Both the position numbers and the translations under genes were made by a program. Under the pieces are notes generated by a model. It saw only the letters and a list, made by a program, of their open reading frames with translations, did no database searches and was not told where the DNA came from. DNA of 64,000 nt from Gemmatimonadota bacterium (GTDB taxonomy: Bacteria; Gemmatimonadota; Gemmatimonadetes; Palauibacterales; Palauibacteraceae), in contig JBDGYE010000008.1 in the NCBI GenBank assembly GCA_039584255.1, positions 4,188-68,187 of the forward strand, in the 5' to 3' direction. Shown here piece after piece: positions 48,963-59,370 of the stretch. Position 1 is the stretch's first letter. Every line of letters starts with the position of its first letter.

Positions 48963-50261
48963 ATGTCCCTTAAGCGTAAGATCCTGATCGGACTAGGCGT
49001 GGCTGTAGTCTTGGCAGTCATGGCCATCCTCTCTCTGAGCGGCGGCAGTGGGAACAGGGTTGCCGTTCGCGTTGAGGAGGTGGAGCGCCGGGACCTTGTG
49101 GCCAGGGTCACGGCCACCGGATACATAGAGCCCAGGACGTCGGTGGACATCAGCGCCGATGTGTCCGGGCGCGTCGTGGAGCTGACTGTAGAGGAAGGGG
49201 ACGACGTCGAGGAGGGCGAACTCCTTCTGGTCATCGATCCAGCTCGTTTCGAGGCGGCGCTGCAGAGGGCGGGGGCTGCCCTCTCCGAGGCCGAGGCGCG
49301 GGAGGCCCAAGCCCGAGGCAACTACCGGCAGGCCCAGCGGGACTGGGATCGCATCCGGCAGCTGAAGGAAGCGGTCGCGAACATGGTCACCGACTCCGAG
49401 TTCGAGCAGGCTCGTACCAACGCCGAGGTACAGGAGGCCCTCTGGGAGTCGGCCAAGCATGGCGTGGACATTGCGCGGGCCAGCGTCCGGGAGGCGGAGG
49501 ATCAGCTGGCGAAGACGGTGATCGAGGCGCCCATGACCGGCCGCGTCACCAGGCTCAGTGTGGAGCGTGGCGAGACGGCGGTCGTGGGCACGATGAACAA
49601 CCCGGGGAGCCTGCTGCTCACTGTCGCGGATCTCTCCGTCATGGAGGCCGTCATCGAGGTGGACGAGACGGACGTTCCGGAGATCTCGGTCGGCGACTCC
49701 ACGATAGTCACCATCGACGCCTTCCCGGATCGCGAGTTCGACGGGCGCGTAACGAAGATCGGTAACAGTTCGATCCGGCCACGTACCTCGCTGCAGGCGA
49801 GTACTGCCGATCAGGCGATCGACTTCGAGGTCCGGGTCACGCTGGAGGATCCAGGTGTCGACTTGCGGACGGACCTCTCGGCGACGGCGGATGTGGTTAC
49901 GGCCGTGCGTGAAGAGGCGCTTTCCATTCCCATCATCGCTCTGGCGCTGCTCGACCCAACCGAGTTCGAGCGGATTCCGACCGAGAGCGAGGAGATCCAA
50001 TCGGATGAAGAGGCGCCCGCCGAAGACCTCGGGGAAGGAGATGACGAGCCCCTGGAGGGAGTTTTCGTGGTCGATGGCGACAGGGTCCGCTTCCGCCCGG
50101 TGGAGGTGGGAATCGCCGGCGACAATTACTTCGAGGTGCTGAGCGGCCTCGAAGAGGGCGAGCAGGTGGTCTCCGGGTCGTACCAGGCGATCCGCGAGCT
50201 CGAGGACGGCTCGCTGATCGAGATCGAGGAAGAAGACGGCGGAAGTGAATCGGGGTCGTGA
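48963..50261 (+). CDS. efflux periplasmic adaptor (MacA/YknX-like membrane fusion protein)
   Basis: N-terminal TM, VSGRVVELTVEEGD, alpha-hairpin, IEAPMTG, VDETDV, EVLSGLEEGEQVV. Confidence 0.93.
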   Translation: MSLKRKILIGLGVAVVLAVMAILSLSGGSGNRVAVRVEEVERRDLVARVTATGYIEPRTSVDISADVSGRVVELTVEEGDDVEEGELLLVIDPARFEAALQRAGAALSEAEAREAQARGNYRQAQRDWDRIRQLKEAVANMVTDSEFEQARTNAEVQEALWESAKHGVDIARASVREAEDQLAKTVIEAPMTGRVTRLSVERGETAVVGTMNNPGSLLLTVADLSVMEAVIEVDETDVPEISVGDSTIVTIDAFPDREFDGRVTKIGNSSIRPRTSLQASTADQAIDFEVRVTLEDPGVDLRTDLSATADVVTAVREEALSIPIIALALLDPTEFERIPTESEEIQSDEEAPAEDLGEGDDEPLEGVFVVDGDRVRFRPVEVGIAGDNYFEVLSGLEEGEQVVSGSYQAIRELEDGSLIEIEEEDGGSESGS

Positions 50262-50331
50262 GCCCGCTGGCCGCACAGAACGGCCGCAGGATGCCCCACC
50301 CAGGTCGGAGAACGAATACAGGAACGGATAG

Positions 50332-51048
50332 ATGAGCGAAACGAACGACGTGGTGATCTTCACCCGCGACCTGGTCAAGGACTATCAGATGGGCACCCAG
50401 GTCGTGCACGCCCTGCGGGGCGTCGACCTGGACATCCGGCGCAACGAGTACATTGCCATCATGGGCCCCTCCGGGTCGGGGAAGTCGACTCTGATGAACC
50501 TCATCGGCTGCCTGGATACACCGACCTCGGGCGAGTACGTCCTGAACGGACAGGCGGTCCAAGATCTGGACGACGACGAGCTGGCGCGGATCCGGAACCG
50601 CGAGATCGGGTTCGTCTTCCAGACGTTCAACCTGCTGCCGCGTGCGACGGCCCTGCACAACGTAGAGCTTCCTCTCATCTACGCCGGTGTCCACGCCAGA
50701 GAACGCGGAAAGCGGGCCCGGGGGGCGTTGGAAAAGGTGGATCTCGCCGACCGGATGGACCACAAGCCCAACGAGCTCTCGGGCGGCCAGCGGCAACGCG
50801 TGGCGATCGCGCGGGCTCTGGTCAACGATCCCTCGATCCTCCTTGCCGACGAACCGACCGGAAACCTCGACTCGGTAACATCGGAGGAAATCATGACCGT
50901 GTTCGACGCGCTCCGTGACACCGGCCAGACGATCATCATGGTTACGCACGAGCCGCACATCACTGCGCATGCGGAACGAGTGATCACCCTGCGCGACGGA
51001 ATGATCGAGTCCCACGACGCGCCGAAGACGGCCCCCGTGGGGGCCTGA
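50332..51048 (+). CDS. ABC transporter ATP-binding protein (MacB/LolD-type)
   Basis: [34 protein letters not shown]. Confidence 0.96.
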   Translation: MSETNDVVIFTRDLVKDYQMGTQVVHALRGVDLDIRRNEYIAIMGPSGSGKSTLMNLIGCLDTPTSGEYVLNGQAVQDLDDDELARIRNREIGFVFQTFNLLPRATALHNVELPLIYAGVHARERGKRARGALEKVDLADRMDHKPNELSGGQRQRVAIARALVNDPSILLADEPTGNLDSVTSEEIMTVFDALRDTGQTIIMVTHEPHITAHAERVITLRDGMIESHDAPKTAPVGA

Positions 51049-51086
51049 GCGGCCGGCCGACCGGCAAGATAAGGAGCGGCGAGGCG

Positions 51087-52331
51087 GTGAGGATCCTCGA
51101 GGGAATCTGGATCGCGCTCCAGCAGATCCGGGCGCACAAGCTGAAGTCTGCCTTCACTCTGATCGGAGTCATCATCGGGATCACCTTTCTGATTGCCGTG
51201 ATCACGGTCGTGGAAGGCGTGAATCGGTACGTACAGGACGATTTCGCAGGCTCGATCTTCGGGGTGAACACCTTCACCGTCGTGCGCCGCAGCCAGGTGC
51301 AGACGGGTGCCGAGTCCGAGGAGCGGCGGCGGCGGCAGCTGCGCAACCCCTACCTCACGCTCCACGACGTCGAGGTCGTGCGGGCGGCCGTGCCCGATGC
51401 CTGGAGATTCTCTTACAGCAGCGACTCGTTCTCTCGGGAGGTCAACTACAAGGAACGGCGACGACGGAACATCCGTGTCATAGGGGGCTCGGAAGGCTAC
51501 GAGACCATGCAGGGCTGGGACGTCGAGCAGGGTCGCGGCCTGACCCGTCTCGACGAGCGGAAGGCTTTCAAGGTTGCCGTCATCGGCGCCGAGATCGCAG
51601 AAAGGCTCTTTCCGGACGTCTCCCCGATCGGAAAGAGAATCCGGCTCGGCGCTCACCGTCTCGAGGTCGTCGGCGTTTGGGAAAAGCAGGGCGGGATGCT
51701 GGGAAACATCCGCGATGCCGCGGTCCTGATGCCGTACGCCACCTTCCGCCAGAACTTCTCTCGCGATCGACACCGGGTCGAGGACATCCAGGTGAAGATG
51801 CGGTCCGAAGAGGAGATGCAGGCGGCCATGCTGGAGGTCGAGGCGGCCCTCCGGCGTGACCGGCAGCTCCGCCCCGGCCAGGAGAACAACTTCTGGCTCC
51901 AGACCTCCAGCGACCTGCTCAGCGCGTGGGAAACGATCAACCGGATTCTGTTCGCGGCGATCCCCGGACTCGTCTCGATTTCGCTCGTGGTGGGCGGGAT
52001 CGTGATCATGAACATCATGCTCCTCTCGGTTGCCGGTCGGATCCGGGAGATTGGAGTGCGGAAGGCGCTCGGCGCGCGGCGCAGGGACATCCTCCTCCAG
52101 TTCCTGGCCGAGTCATCCACCCTGTCGATACTGGGAGCCGCTATAGGGGTGCTTCTGGGCATCGCGCTCGGCAAGGGGGTTGAGGCGCTGACGCCGCTGC
52201 CCGCATCCGTGCCGGCTTGGGCCATCGGCGTCTCGCTCACTCTGGGTCTGGTGGTCGGCATCGGTTCCGGCATCTATCCGGCCTACAGAGCCGCCAAACA
52301 GGATCCGATCGTGGCGCTGCGCTATGAGTAG
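51087..52331 (+). CDS. MacB/FtsX-type ABC permease
   Basis: SAFTLIGVIIG, periplasmic domain, GGIVIMNIML, EIGVRKALGA, DPIVALRYE. Confidence 0.95.
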   Translation: MRILEGIWIALQQIRAHKLKSAFTLIGVIIGITFLIAVITVVEGVNRYVQDDFAGSIFGVNTFTVVRRSQVQTGAESEERRRRQLRNPYLTLHDVEVVRAAVPDAWRFSYSSDSFSREVNYKERRRRNIRVIGGSEGYETMQGWDVEQGRGLTRLDERKAFKVAVIGAEIAERLFPDVSPIGKRIRLGAHRLEVVGVWEKQGGMLGNIRDAAVLMPYATFRQNFSRDRHRVEDIQVKMRSEEEMQAAMLEVEAALRRDRQLRPGQENNFWLQTSSDLLSAWETINRILFAAIPGLVSISLVVGGIVIMNIMLLSVAGRIREIGVRKALGARRRDILLQFLAESSTLSILGAAIGVLLGIALGKGVEALTPLPASVPAWAIGVSLTLGLVVGIGSGIYPAYRAAKQDPIVALRYE

Positions 52332-53619
52332 TCGGGGCAAGAAGGGCATGGGCGTCGCGGCGACGCTGCGGGAGGGTGTGGCCGTCGGTTTCGACTCGCT
52401 GCGCTCGAACAAGGTGCGCAGCGGACTCACCATTCTCGGGGTCACGATCGGAGTGATGGTCGTGATGGTCATGGCCGCGATGGTCCAGGGCCTGAACTCC
52501 AGCTTCAAGGATGTGATTGCGGCGGCCGGGCCTACGACGTTCTACGTGTGGCACGCGCCGGCGGGCGGGGGCGGGGGAGTGCAGACGGGCCTCGAGGAAG
52601 AGGAGAGCGAGTTCATGAAGAACCCGCCGCTCGATCCGCGGTCGGCCCGAGAGCTCGCCCGCCTGGAGGTAATTCGATACGCGACCCCAGGCGTCGATCT
52701 CTCGCAGATGGGCTACCACGCACAGGCCGGCGAGCAGGACGTCCGAATATCTCTGTACGGCGTCGATGCCAACTACATGGAGATCGACGGGGGCGACCTG
52801 GCCGACGGTCGCTTCTTCACAGCCATCGAAGAGCAACGGCGACGGCCGGTGGCGGTGATCGACTCTGCTACCGCCCTCGACCTGTACCAGGGTAGCGACC
52901 CTCTCCTCAAGACGCTCAACCTAGGCCGGCCGGGCCTACGCAAGTCGCCATTCCAGTCGGTGGGCATATACCGGCCGCCGAAGAACCTCTTCGCAGGCCT
53001 CCAGTCGCACTACGTCTTCATTCCCTTCTCCGCGGCGATGAAGTACATGAGGGTCTGGGACCGGATGATCTGGTTCACCGTCCGGCCGCACGACGGGGTG
53101 ACTATCGACGAGGCGCTCGAAGCCGTGCGAAGTCGCATGCGGCAGCTGCGGGGGCTCGGGCCCGGGCAAGCGGACAACTTCCACATGATCACGCAGGACC
53201 AGATGATGGACTTCTGGGACCAGCTCACCGGGGTCTTCTTCGCCGTAATGGTGGCGCTCTCCGGTGTGGGCCTGCTCGTGGGAGGAGTCGGGGTGATCGG
53301 GATCATGATGATCTCCGTGACCGAGCGGACCCGGGAGATCGGTCTGCGCAAGTCGATGGGAGCGCGGCGCAGGGACCTCCTGTGGCAGTTCCTGGTGGAG
53401 GCGGCGACACTCACGCTTCTCGGGGGTGCGATCGGGATGGCGTTCGGGGGGCTCATCGTCTGGGCGGTGGCAAGTCTCACGCCCGTTCCCGCTTCGGTGC
53501 CCCTGTGGTCCGTTTTCGCAGCGCTCCTGGCCTCCATTCTCACGGGCGTCGGATTCGGCCTCTACCCCGCGGCCCGTGGAGCCGGGATGGACCCGGTCGA
53601 GGCGTTGCGGTACGAGTAG
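52324..53619 (+). CDS. MacB/FtsX-type ABC permease (second)
   Basis: RSGLTILGVTIG, SVTERTREIGLRK, DPVEALRYE. Confidence 0.95.
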   Translation: MSSRGKKGMGVAATLREGVAVGFDSLRSNKVRSGLTILGVTIGVMVVMVMAAMVQGLNSSFKDVIAAAGPTTFYVWHAPAGGGGGVQTGLEEEESEFMKNPPLDPRSARELARLEVIRYATPGVDLSQMGYHAQAGEQDVRISLYGVDANYMEIDGGDLADGRFFTAIEEQRRRPVAVIDSATALDLYQGSDPLLKTLNLGRPGLRKSPFQSVGIYRPPKNLFAGLQSHYVFIPFSAAMKYMRVWDRMIWFTVRPHDGVTIDEALEAVRSRMRQLRGLGPGQADNFHMITQDQMMDFWDQLTGVFFAVMVALSGVGLLVGGVGVIGIMMISVTERTREIGLRKSMGARRRDLLWQFLVEAATLTLLGGAIGMAFGGLIVWAVASLTPVPASVPLWSVFAALLASILTGVGFGLYPAARGAGMDPVEALRYE

Positions 53620-53717
53620 AGGCTCGCGTCAGCAGGGGCTGACGGCGGTAGCGAGGCGCGAAGGCAATCTCCTGCTGTATCTTTCGGCCAGACCAGAGCC
53701 CTGAGGAGCGACGACGC

Positions 53718-54443
53718 ATGACGCAATCGGCGCTGGACGTTCTTGCCGTCGGACCCCATCCAGACGACGTCGAACTTCTATGCGGCGGTACTCTGGCCCG
53801 GTGCGCCGACCAGGGACACCGGACAGGCATCCTCGACCTTACCAGGGGCGAAATGGGGACCCGGGGCTCGGTGGAGACCCGAGCCGCCGAGGCCGAGCGG
53901 GCGGCCGAGATCCTGGGCGTCGAGGCGCGTCTCAACGCGGGTCTCCCTGATGCGGGGATCTTCAACACCGACCACACCCGGGCCCGGATCGTGGACCTGC
54001 TCAGGGAGCTGCGGCCACGTGTGGTCATTCTCCCGTACTACCGTGGCAGGCACCCCGACCATCGTATGGCGGCCGAGCTTACCCGCGACGCCTGTTTCCT
54101 TGCAGGACTGAAGAAGTACGGTGGCCGCGCCAAGCCGCACAGGCCAGACAAGATCCTGTACGCGCTCAGTTTCCGCGAGGATCCGGTCAAGCCGACGTTC
54201 GTGGTGAACATCGAGGCACAGTTCGCCCGCAAGGTGGAGGCGATCCGGTGCTATGCCTCACAGTTCGAGGGCGTCATCCAGGCTGGTGAGGCCTTCCCGA
54301 CCGGGCAGACGTTCTCCGAGCTTGTGGAGACGCAGAATCGTCACTACGGCTCGCTGATTCGGTGTGGCTTCGGTGAGCCTTTCTTCACGGAGGAGACCGT
54401 GGAGATAGACGACATCGCGACCATGTCGGTCGGATCCCTGTGA
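53718..54443 (+). CDS. bshB1: bacillithiol biosynthesis GlcNAc-malate deacetylase (PIG-L family)
   Basis: HPDDVEL, LDLTRGEMGTRG, RHPDH, YASQF, GEPF. Confidence 0.85.
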   Translation: MTQSALDVLAVGPHPDDVELLCGGTLARCADQGHRTGILDLTRGEMGTRGSVETRAAEAERAAEILGVEARLNAGLPDAGIFNTDHTRARIVDLLRELRPRVVILPYYRGRHPDHRMAAELTRDACFLAGLKKYGGRAKPHRPDKILYALSFREDPVKPTFVVNIEAQFARKVEAIRCYASQFEGVIQAGEAFPTGQTFSELVETQNRHYGSLIRCGFGEPFFTEETVEIDDIATMSVGSL

Positions 54444-54450
54444 GGGAGCC

Positions 54451-55602
54451 TTGATCTACCTGGACCACGCTGCTACATCGCCGCTCCGCTCCGGCGTGTG
54501 GGAGGCCATGCAGGAGGCCGTAGGGGAGGCGGACTATAACCCTGCTTCGGCGCACGCCGCGGGCGTCCGGGCCTCCGAGTCGCTGGAAGAGGCCCGGCGC
54601 GAGCTGGCAAGCCTCCTGGGCGCGGACCACCGTGCAATCGTCTTCACGGCCGGCGGCACGGCTTCGGATAACCTCGCGGTGTTGGGATTCGCCCGGGCCA
54701 ACTCGGCTCGAAGCCCGCGGCTGGTGGTCAGCGCCACCGAGCACAAGGCCGTTCTGGAGGCGGCCCGGCAAGCGGTCCGTGAGGGGGCGGAGCTGCATGT
54801 CCTGGACGTGGACGGAGACGGGCGGGTCCGGGTCGCACAGCTCGAGTCCCTGCTGAAGGCGGAGCCGGCTCGGCCCACGCTGGTCTCGGTCATGTGGGCC
54901 AACAACGAGGTGGGCACGATCCAGCCAGTCGCAGAGCTCTGCCGGACGGCGCACCGGTATGGCGCAGTCTTCCACACCGATGCGGTCCAGGCTTTCGGGA
55001 AGTTACCGGTGTCGCTCGACGAAGTACGTGCGGACATGCTCACCATGACCGCGCACAAGCTGGGTGGGCCGGTGGGAATCGGACTGCTGTACCTGCGCCC
55101 CGATCTCACGGTGGAGCCACTCTCGTACGGCGGCTCGCAGGAGCGGTCGCTGTGGCCGGGCACCCAGAACCCGCTCGGTGCCCTTGGCTTTGCGGCGGCC
55201 GCCCGACTCGCCGCCGAGGGGCTCTCCACGATTCCTTCCCAGTGGCGGGATCTCCGCGACGGGCTGGCCCACAGGTTGCAGTCCGCGGTGCCGGACCTCC
55301 ATATCCACGGCGACGGTGCCGACCGCCTGCCGAACCTGCTGAGTGTAGGTGTGCCGGGCTGTGATCAGGCCAGCCTGCTGGTCTCACTGGACCTGGCGGG
55401 CGTGGCTGTCTCGGGCGGATCCGCCTGCGCGAGCGGAGCCACCACGGTTTCGCACGTCCTGGAGGCGATGGACGTAAGGCCGAAGGCGTCCTATGCGGTC
55501 CTGCGCTTCAGCTTCGGTCCCGACACGAGCGCCGAGGAGGTCTATCGCGCGGGCGAGCTGACCGGTCGCGCTGTGTCCAGGATTCGGGGAGCCGGCTCGT
55601 GA
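54451..55602 (+). CDS. cysteine desulfurase (IscS/NifS type)
   Basis: YLDHAAT, NPAS, EHKAV, NNEVG, DAVQ, AHKLGGP, SGGSAC. Confidence 0.93.
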   Translation: MIYLDHAATSPLRSGVWEAMQEAVGEADYNPASAHAAGVRASESLEEARRELASLLGADHRAIVFTAGGTASDNLAVLGFARANSARSPRLVVSATEHKAVLEAARQAVREGAELHVLDVDGDGRVRVAQLESLLKAEPARPTLVSVMWANNEVGTIQPVAELCRTAHRYGAVFHTDAVQAFGKLPVSLDEVRADMLTMTAHKLGGPVGIGLLYLRPDLTVEPLSYGGSQERSLWPGTQNPLGALGFAAAARLAAEGLSTIPSQWRDLRDGLAHRLQSAVPDLHIHGDGADRLPNLLSVGVPGCDQASLLVSLDLAGVAVSGGSACASGATTVSHVLEAMDVRPKASYAVLRFSFGPDTSAEEVYRAGELTGRAVSRIRGAGS

Positions 55603-56675
55603 GCAAGGGAACGGTGCTGGTGGCCATGTCCGGCGGCGTGGACTCCAGCGTGGCGGCAGCCCTGCTCCATGGCCGAGGCCACAGCGTCATCGGGGCCACC
55701 ATGAAGACCTTCTGCTACGAGCACGTCCGCGGTCCGGCGCGGACGTGCTGCGGGCTGGAGGGCGTCGCGGACGCCAAGTCGGTCGCCGCGCGGCTCGGCG
55801 TTCCACACATGGTCTTCGATGTCGAGCGCGAGTTCAAGACAGATGTGATCGACGACTTCGTCGCCGAGTACGCCGCAGGGCGGACACCGATTCCGTGTGT
55901 GCGCTGCAACAGCTTCACGAAGTTCGGTGATATGGTACGGCGGGCCGACGATCTGGGCTGCGACTATCTGGCCACGGGCCACTACGCCAGGGTGGCGCGT
56001 AACGGGGGTGCTCGTCTATGCAGAGCAGAGGACGATCGAAAGGATCAGACCTATTTCCTGTGGGGAATACCTCGGAGCACGTTGGATCGGCTGCTTCTTC
56101 CGGTCGGCGATCTCACCAAGCCCGAGGTCAGGCAGATCGCGCGCACTCTGGAGCTGAGCACGGCCGCGAAGCCGGAATCGTTCGAGATCTGCTTCGTGCC
56201 GGACAACGACTACGCCGGGGTGCTGCGGCGCTACCTGGGAGATGACCACCCGGCACTGCAGCCCGGTCCCGTTGTGCTGGAGGAAGGACGTGAGGTAGGC
56301 AGGCACATTGGATACGCGCGGTTCACGGTGGGACAGCGAAGGGGCCTTCCGGGGGGGTTCCCCGAGCCGATGTTCGTCATCGAGATCCGCCCCACCGACA
56401 GGACAGTGGTGATCGGGCCCAGAGAGTCGCTGGCGACGGCCCACCTCCAGGCGCGGCACGCGAACTGGATCGCCGAGCCGCCGGAAGTTGGTGAGCCGCT
56501 CGGAGTCCGGGTGCGGCATGGAGCGTCGATAATCGAGGCACGGGTCCTCGAGGCGAGCACGGAGGGCTTCGAGCTGGAGCTGGGTATGCCTCAGGAAGCT
56601 GTGACACCCGGCCAGAGCGCGGTACTGTACCGGGACGACGTCGTGGTGGGCGGCGGCGTGATCCGGACGGCCTGA
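55599..56675 (+). CDS. mnmA: tRNA 2-thiouridine(34) synthase
   Basis: AMSGGVDSS, PCVRCN, ATGHY, KDQTYFL, EICF, TVGQRRGL, TPGQ. Confidence 0.97.
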   Translation: MSKGTVLVAMSGGVDSSVAAALLHGRGHSVIGATMKTFCYEHVRGPARTCCGLEGVADAKSVAARLGVPHMVFDVEREFKTDVIDDFVAEYAAGRTPIPCVRCNSFTKFGDMVRRADDLGCDYLATGHYARVARNGGARLCRAEDDRKDQTYFLWGIPRSTLDRLLLPVGDLTKPEVRQIARTLELSTAAKPESFEICFVPDNDYAGVLRRYLGDDHPALQPGPVVLEEGREVGRHIGYARFTVGQRRGLPGGFPEPMFVIEIRPTDRTVVIGPRESLATAHLQARHANWIAEPPEVGEPLGVRVRHGASIIEARVLEASTEGFELELGMPQEAVTPGQSAVLYRDDVVVGGGVIRTA

Positions 56676-56681
56676 GGGTCG

Positions 56682-57788
56682 TCAGTGGCGGAGTCCCTCC
56701 GCAGCGGCCAGCCGTTCCATCGCCTCGCGGCCCTCCTCGGAGAGCTCGTCGGGCACGCTGATCACGATCCGAACGAGCTGATCTCCTGTCTTTTCGGCTT
56801 TCTCGACCCCCTGACCTTTGATGCGAAACATCGTTTCGCTCTGGGTACCGGCTGGGATCCGTAGAACGATTTTCCTGTTGTCTGCCGTCCGCACTCGGAT
56901 GCGCGAGCCGAGCATGGCCTGAGCGAGGTTGATCGGCACCTCGCAGATAAGGTCCAGGCCGTCTCGCGTGAAGAAAGGATCCTCCTTCACTTTGAAGCTG
57001 ACGATGAGGTCTCCGGGACGGCCTCCTCCGGGCCCTCGCTCTCCCTGGCCCGACACCCGTAACCTGGAGCCGTCGTCCACTCCCGTCGGCACTGTGACGC
57101 TGATCCTACGGCGTGTCGCCACCTCCCCTCGGCCCCCACAGGCACTGCATAGCTCCTGGGGGATCTGTCCCCTGCCCAAGCAAGCCGGACAGGGCCGCGG
57201 CACGGAGAACGTGCCCTGACCGAAGGTGACGGTGCCACGGCCGTTGCACTCCTGACAGGTTTCTTTCCTCGTTCCGGGAGCGGCTCCGCTGCCGTCGCAA
57301 GTCGCGCACTCTTCGGCAATTGGGACGTTGATGGTCACCTTACCGCCGCGGACCGCGGTACGGAACGGAATCTCCACGAGATACTCCACGTCCCGGCCCC
57401 GAACCGGCCCGCGTTGTCTATCGGCCGTCCGCTTCCCGAAGTCGAATATCGAGCTGAAGATGTCACCCAGGCCGCCGAGATCCTCGAAGCGAAAACCGCG
57501 ACCGGCCCCGGGCGCCCCCTGGGTCGTTCCCGGTGCCCCGAAGCCTCCGAGTCCACCCAACCCGCCAAGCCGACGCAGCTGGTCGTACTTCTTCCGGCTA
57601 TCGGGATCCGAGAGCACGTTGTAAGCTTCTGAGATCTCCTTGAATCGCTCCCCGACCTCCGGGTTGTCCGGGTTGGCGTCGGGGTGGTACTGCTTCGCCA
57701 GGCTCCGGTACGCCTTCTTGATCTCGGCGGCCGAGGCGCTCTGGGTCACGCCCAGCACCCCGTAGTAGTCCTTCGTGCGCGTCGCCAT
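56682..57788 (-). CDS. dnaJ: molecular chaperone DnaJ
   Basis: J-domain with HPD, G/F-rich region, four CxxCxGxG repeats. Confidence 0.96.
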   Translation of the reverse strand: MATRTKDYYGVLGVTQSASAAEIKKAYRSLAKQYHPDANPDNPEVGERFKEISEAYNVLSDPDSRKKYDQLRRLGGLGGLGGFGAPGTTQGAPGAGRGFRFEDLGGLGDIFSSIFDFGKRTADRQRGPVRGRDVEYLVEIPFRTAVRGGKVTINVPIAEECATCDGSGAAPGTRKETCQECNGRGTVTFGQGTFSVPRPCPACLGRGQIPQELCSACGGRGEVATRRRISVTVPTGVDDGSRLRVSGQGERGPGGGRPGDLIVSFKVKEDPFFTRDGLDLICEVPINLAQAMLGSRIRVRTADNRKIVLRIPAGTQSETMFRIKGQGVEKAEKTGDQLVRIVISVPDELSEEGREAMERLAAAEGLRH

Positions 57789-58459
57789 CAGTCGTCCCCG
57801 GAACGACTCACGTCTTCGGCCGCATCCAACTCGGCGGCCTCTGTGTCCTCGGCGTCCGGCGTCGGCGGCTCATAGCGTCGCACTTCCACCTGCGCTGGCC
57901 GGACCAGACGATCACGGAACAAGTATCCGTCGACGAAGACCCGCGAAACAGTCTCATCCATCTCGGGGTCACTCGCCTCGGTGATCAGCAGGGCTTGGTG
58001 AACCTCGGGATCGAAGCGCGCGTCCTGCGCCTCCACCCTGGTCAGGCCGGCATCCTCTAGCTCCTTGGTGAGGTTGCGCAGGATGAGCTCCATACCCTTC
58101 TCCAGCGCCTCCACACTCGTGGAGTCGCTCGGGGTGGCCGCGACCCGCGCTAGATCGTCCAGCGTCGGCAGCAGGCGCCGTGCCAGATCGGCCTGGGCTG
58201 TAGCGGTCATCGACGCCTGCTCCTTGCGGGTGCGTTTCCGGAAATTCTCGAACTCCGCCGCCAGCCGAAGGTGTCTGTCCTGCAGCTCATCCAGCTCGGC
58301 CAGAGCAGCCTGGAGCTCCTCGGCCTGCGGTGCTTGCGTTTCGTCCAGGGCTTCGTCCGATGGCTCCGGAACCTCGTCCGGGTCTTCGACCACCGGCTCG
58401 CTCATCAGCGGGTTCGCGTTCTCTTCCGGATTCAACGAATCCTTACGCTTCCGAGCCAA
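57788..58459 (-). CDS. grpE: nucleotide exchange factor GrpE
   Basis: [32 protein letters not shown]; AGGAGG SD before TTG 58459. Confidence 0.94.
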   Translation of the reverse strand: MARKRKDSLNPEENANPLMSEPVVEDPDEVPEPSDEALDETQAPQAEELQAALAELDELQDRHLRLAAEFENFRKRTRKEQASMTATAQADLARRLLPTLDDLARVAATPSDSTSVEALEKGMELILRNLTKELEDAGLTRVEAQDARFDPEVHQALLITEASDPEMDETVSRVFVDGYLFRDRLVRPAQVEVRRYEPPTPDAEDTEAAELDAAEDVSRSGDD

Positions 58460-58509
58460 ACGCTCCTCCTGTATCTCGTGCGTGTCGTCTCGTCCGACCG
58501 CTACTCCGA

Positions 58510-59370
58510 CTATGCGGTGGCGGTTGCCTCGGCTTCGGCGACCCGTGCCTCCAGCCACTCCGAAACGTCTCCCAGCGCCGACCTCGCCAGCGGATCGCGG
58601 TAGAGGTCGTGGAATGCGTCGGGATACTCTCGCACCTGGGCGGCCACGCCCATACGCTGGGCCACCCTCCGGCTCGCATCGGTGTTCACGACTCGGTCAT
58701 CGCCGGCAAGCTGAAAAAGCACGGGCAGCCTGACCTGCGCGGCCCGCTCCGTCAACTGCTCACCGTTCCGCAGCATCTCGGCCCACAGACGGGCACTGAT
58801 CCGTCTGTGCACGAGCGGATCCGACCGGTAGCGGTCCTGCTCCGCCTGGTCGCGGAACATATCTTCCTCCCGAAGCCCGTTGTCCAGGGTCAGGGCCGGC
58901 AGCAGCGCGTTCGCTGCCCTGGCGAGTCCCGACTTCCAACCGGGGATCCGCATCGCCACCTGCACGAACGGCGCCATGAGGACCGCCCCTGTGAGCCCCG
59001 GGAAGCTGAACTCCTGAATGTACCGTCCGGCGATCAGGCCGCCCAGCGAGTGCCCCAGGACAAACGTCGGGCCCGATCCTCGTCCCTGCGAAGCCCGACG
59101 GCGGAACCGGTCGACATCCTGGAGCAGGTGATCGAACGAGCGAACATGTCCCCTCCGACCCCGGGACTTCCCATGCCCGCGGTGGTCAAGCGCGTAGAAG
59201 TCGAAGCTAGCGGCCCTCGCCACAGCCGCCACGGCTCCGTAGCGTCCGGAGTGCTCTCCCAGGCCGTGCAGGACGAGCAAACGTCCACGGGCGTTGTCCA
59301 CCTCGCGGGCGCGATAGAACAGCCGGGCGCCGCCGATGCCGTCCAGGTATCCGTGAGTATCCTCAGGCAT
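58510..59370 (-). CDS. alpha/beta hydrolase (lysophospholipase/monoglyceride lipase-like)
   Basis: HGLGEHSGRY, DHRGHGKS, GHSLGG, D and H of the catalytic triad. Confidence 0.9.
   Translation of the reverse strand: MPEDTHGYLDGIGGARLFYRAREVDNARGRLLVLHGLGEHSGRYGAVAAVARAASFDFYALDHRGHGKSRGRRGHVRSFDHLLQDVDRFRRRASQGRGSGPTFVLGHSLGGLIAGRYIQEFSFPGLTGAVLMAPFVQVAMRIPGWKSGLARAANALLPALTLDNGLREEDMFRDQAEQDRYRSDPLVHRRISARLWAEMLRNGEQLTERAAQVRLPVLFQLAGDDRVVNTDASRRVAQRMGVAAQVREYPDAFHDLYRDPLARSALGDVSEWLEARVAEAEATATA

Noticed and set aside
48993-51773. Long minus-strand ORFs (461, 360, 364 aa)
   Set aside because: Antisense shadows of the MFP/ABC genes.
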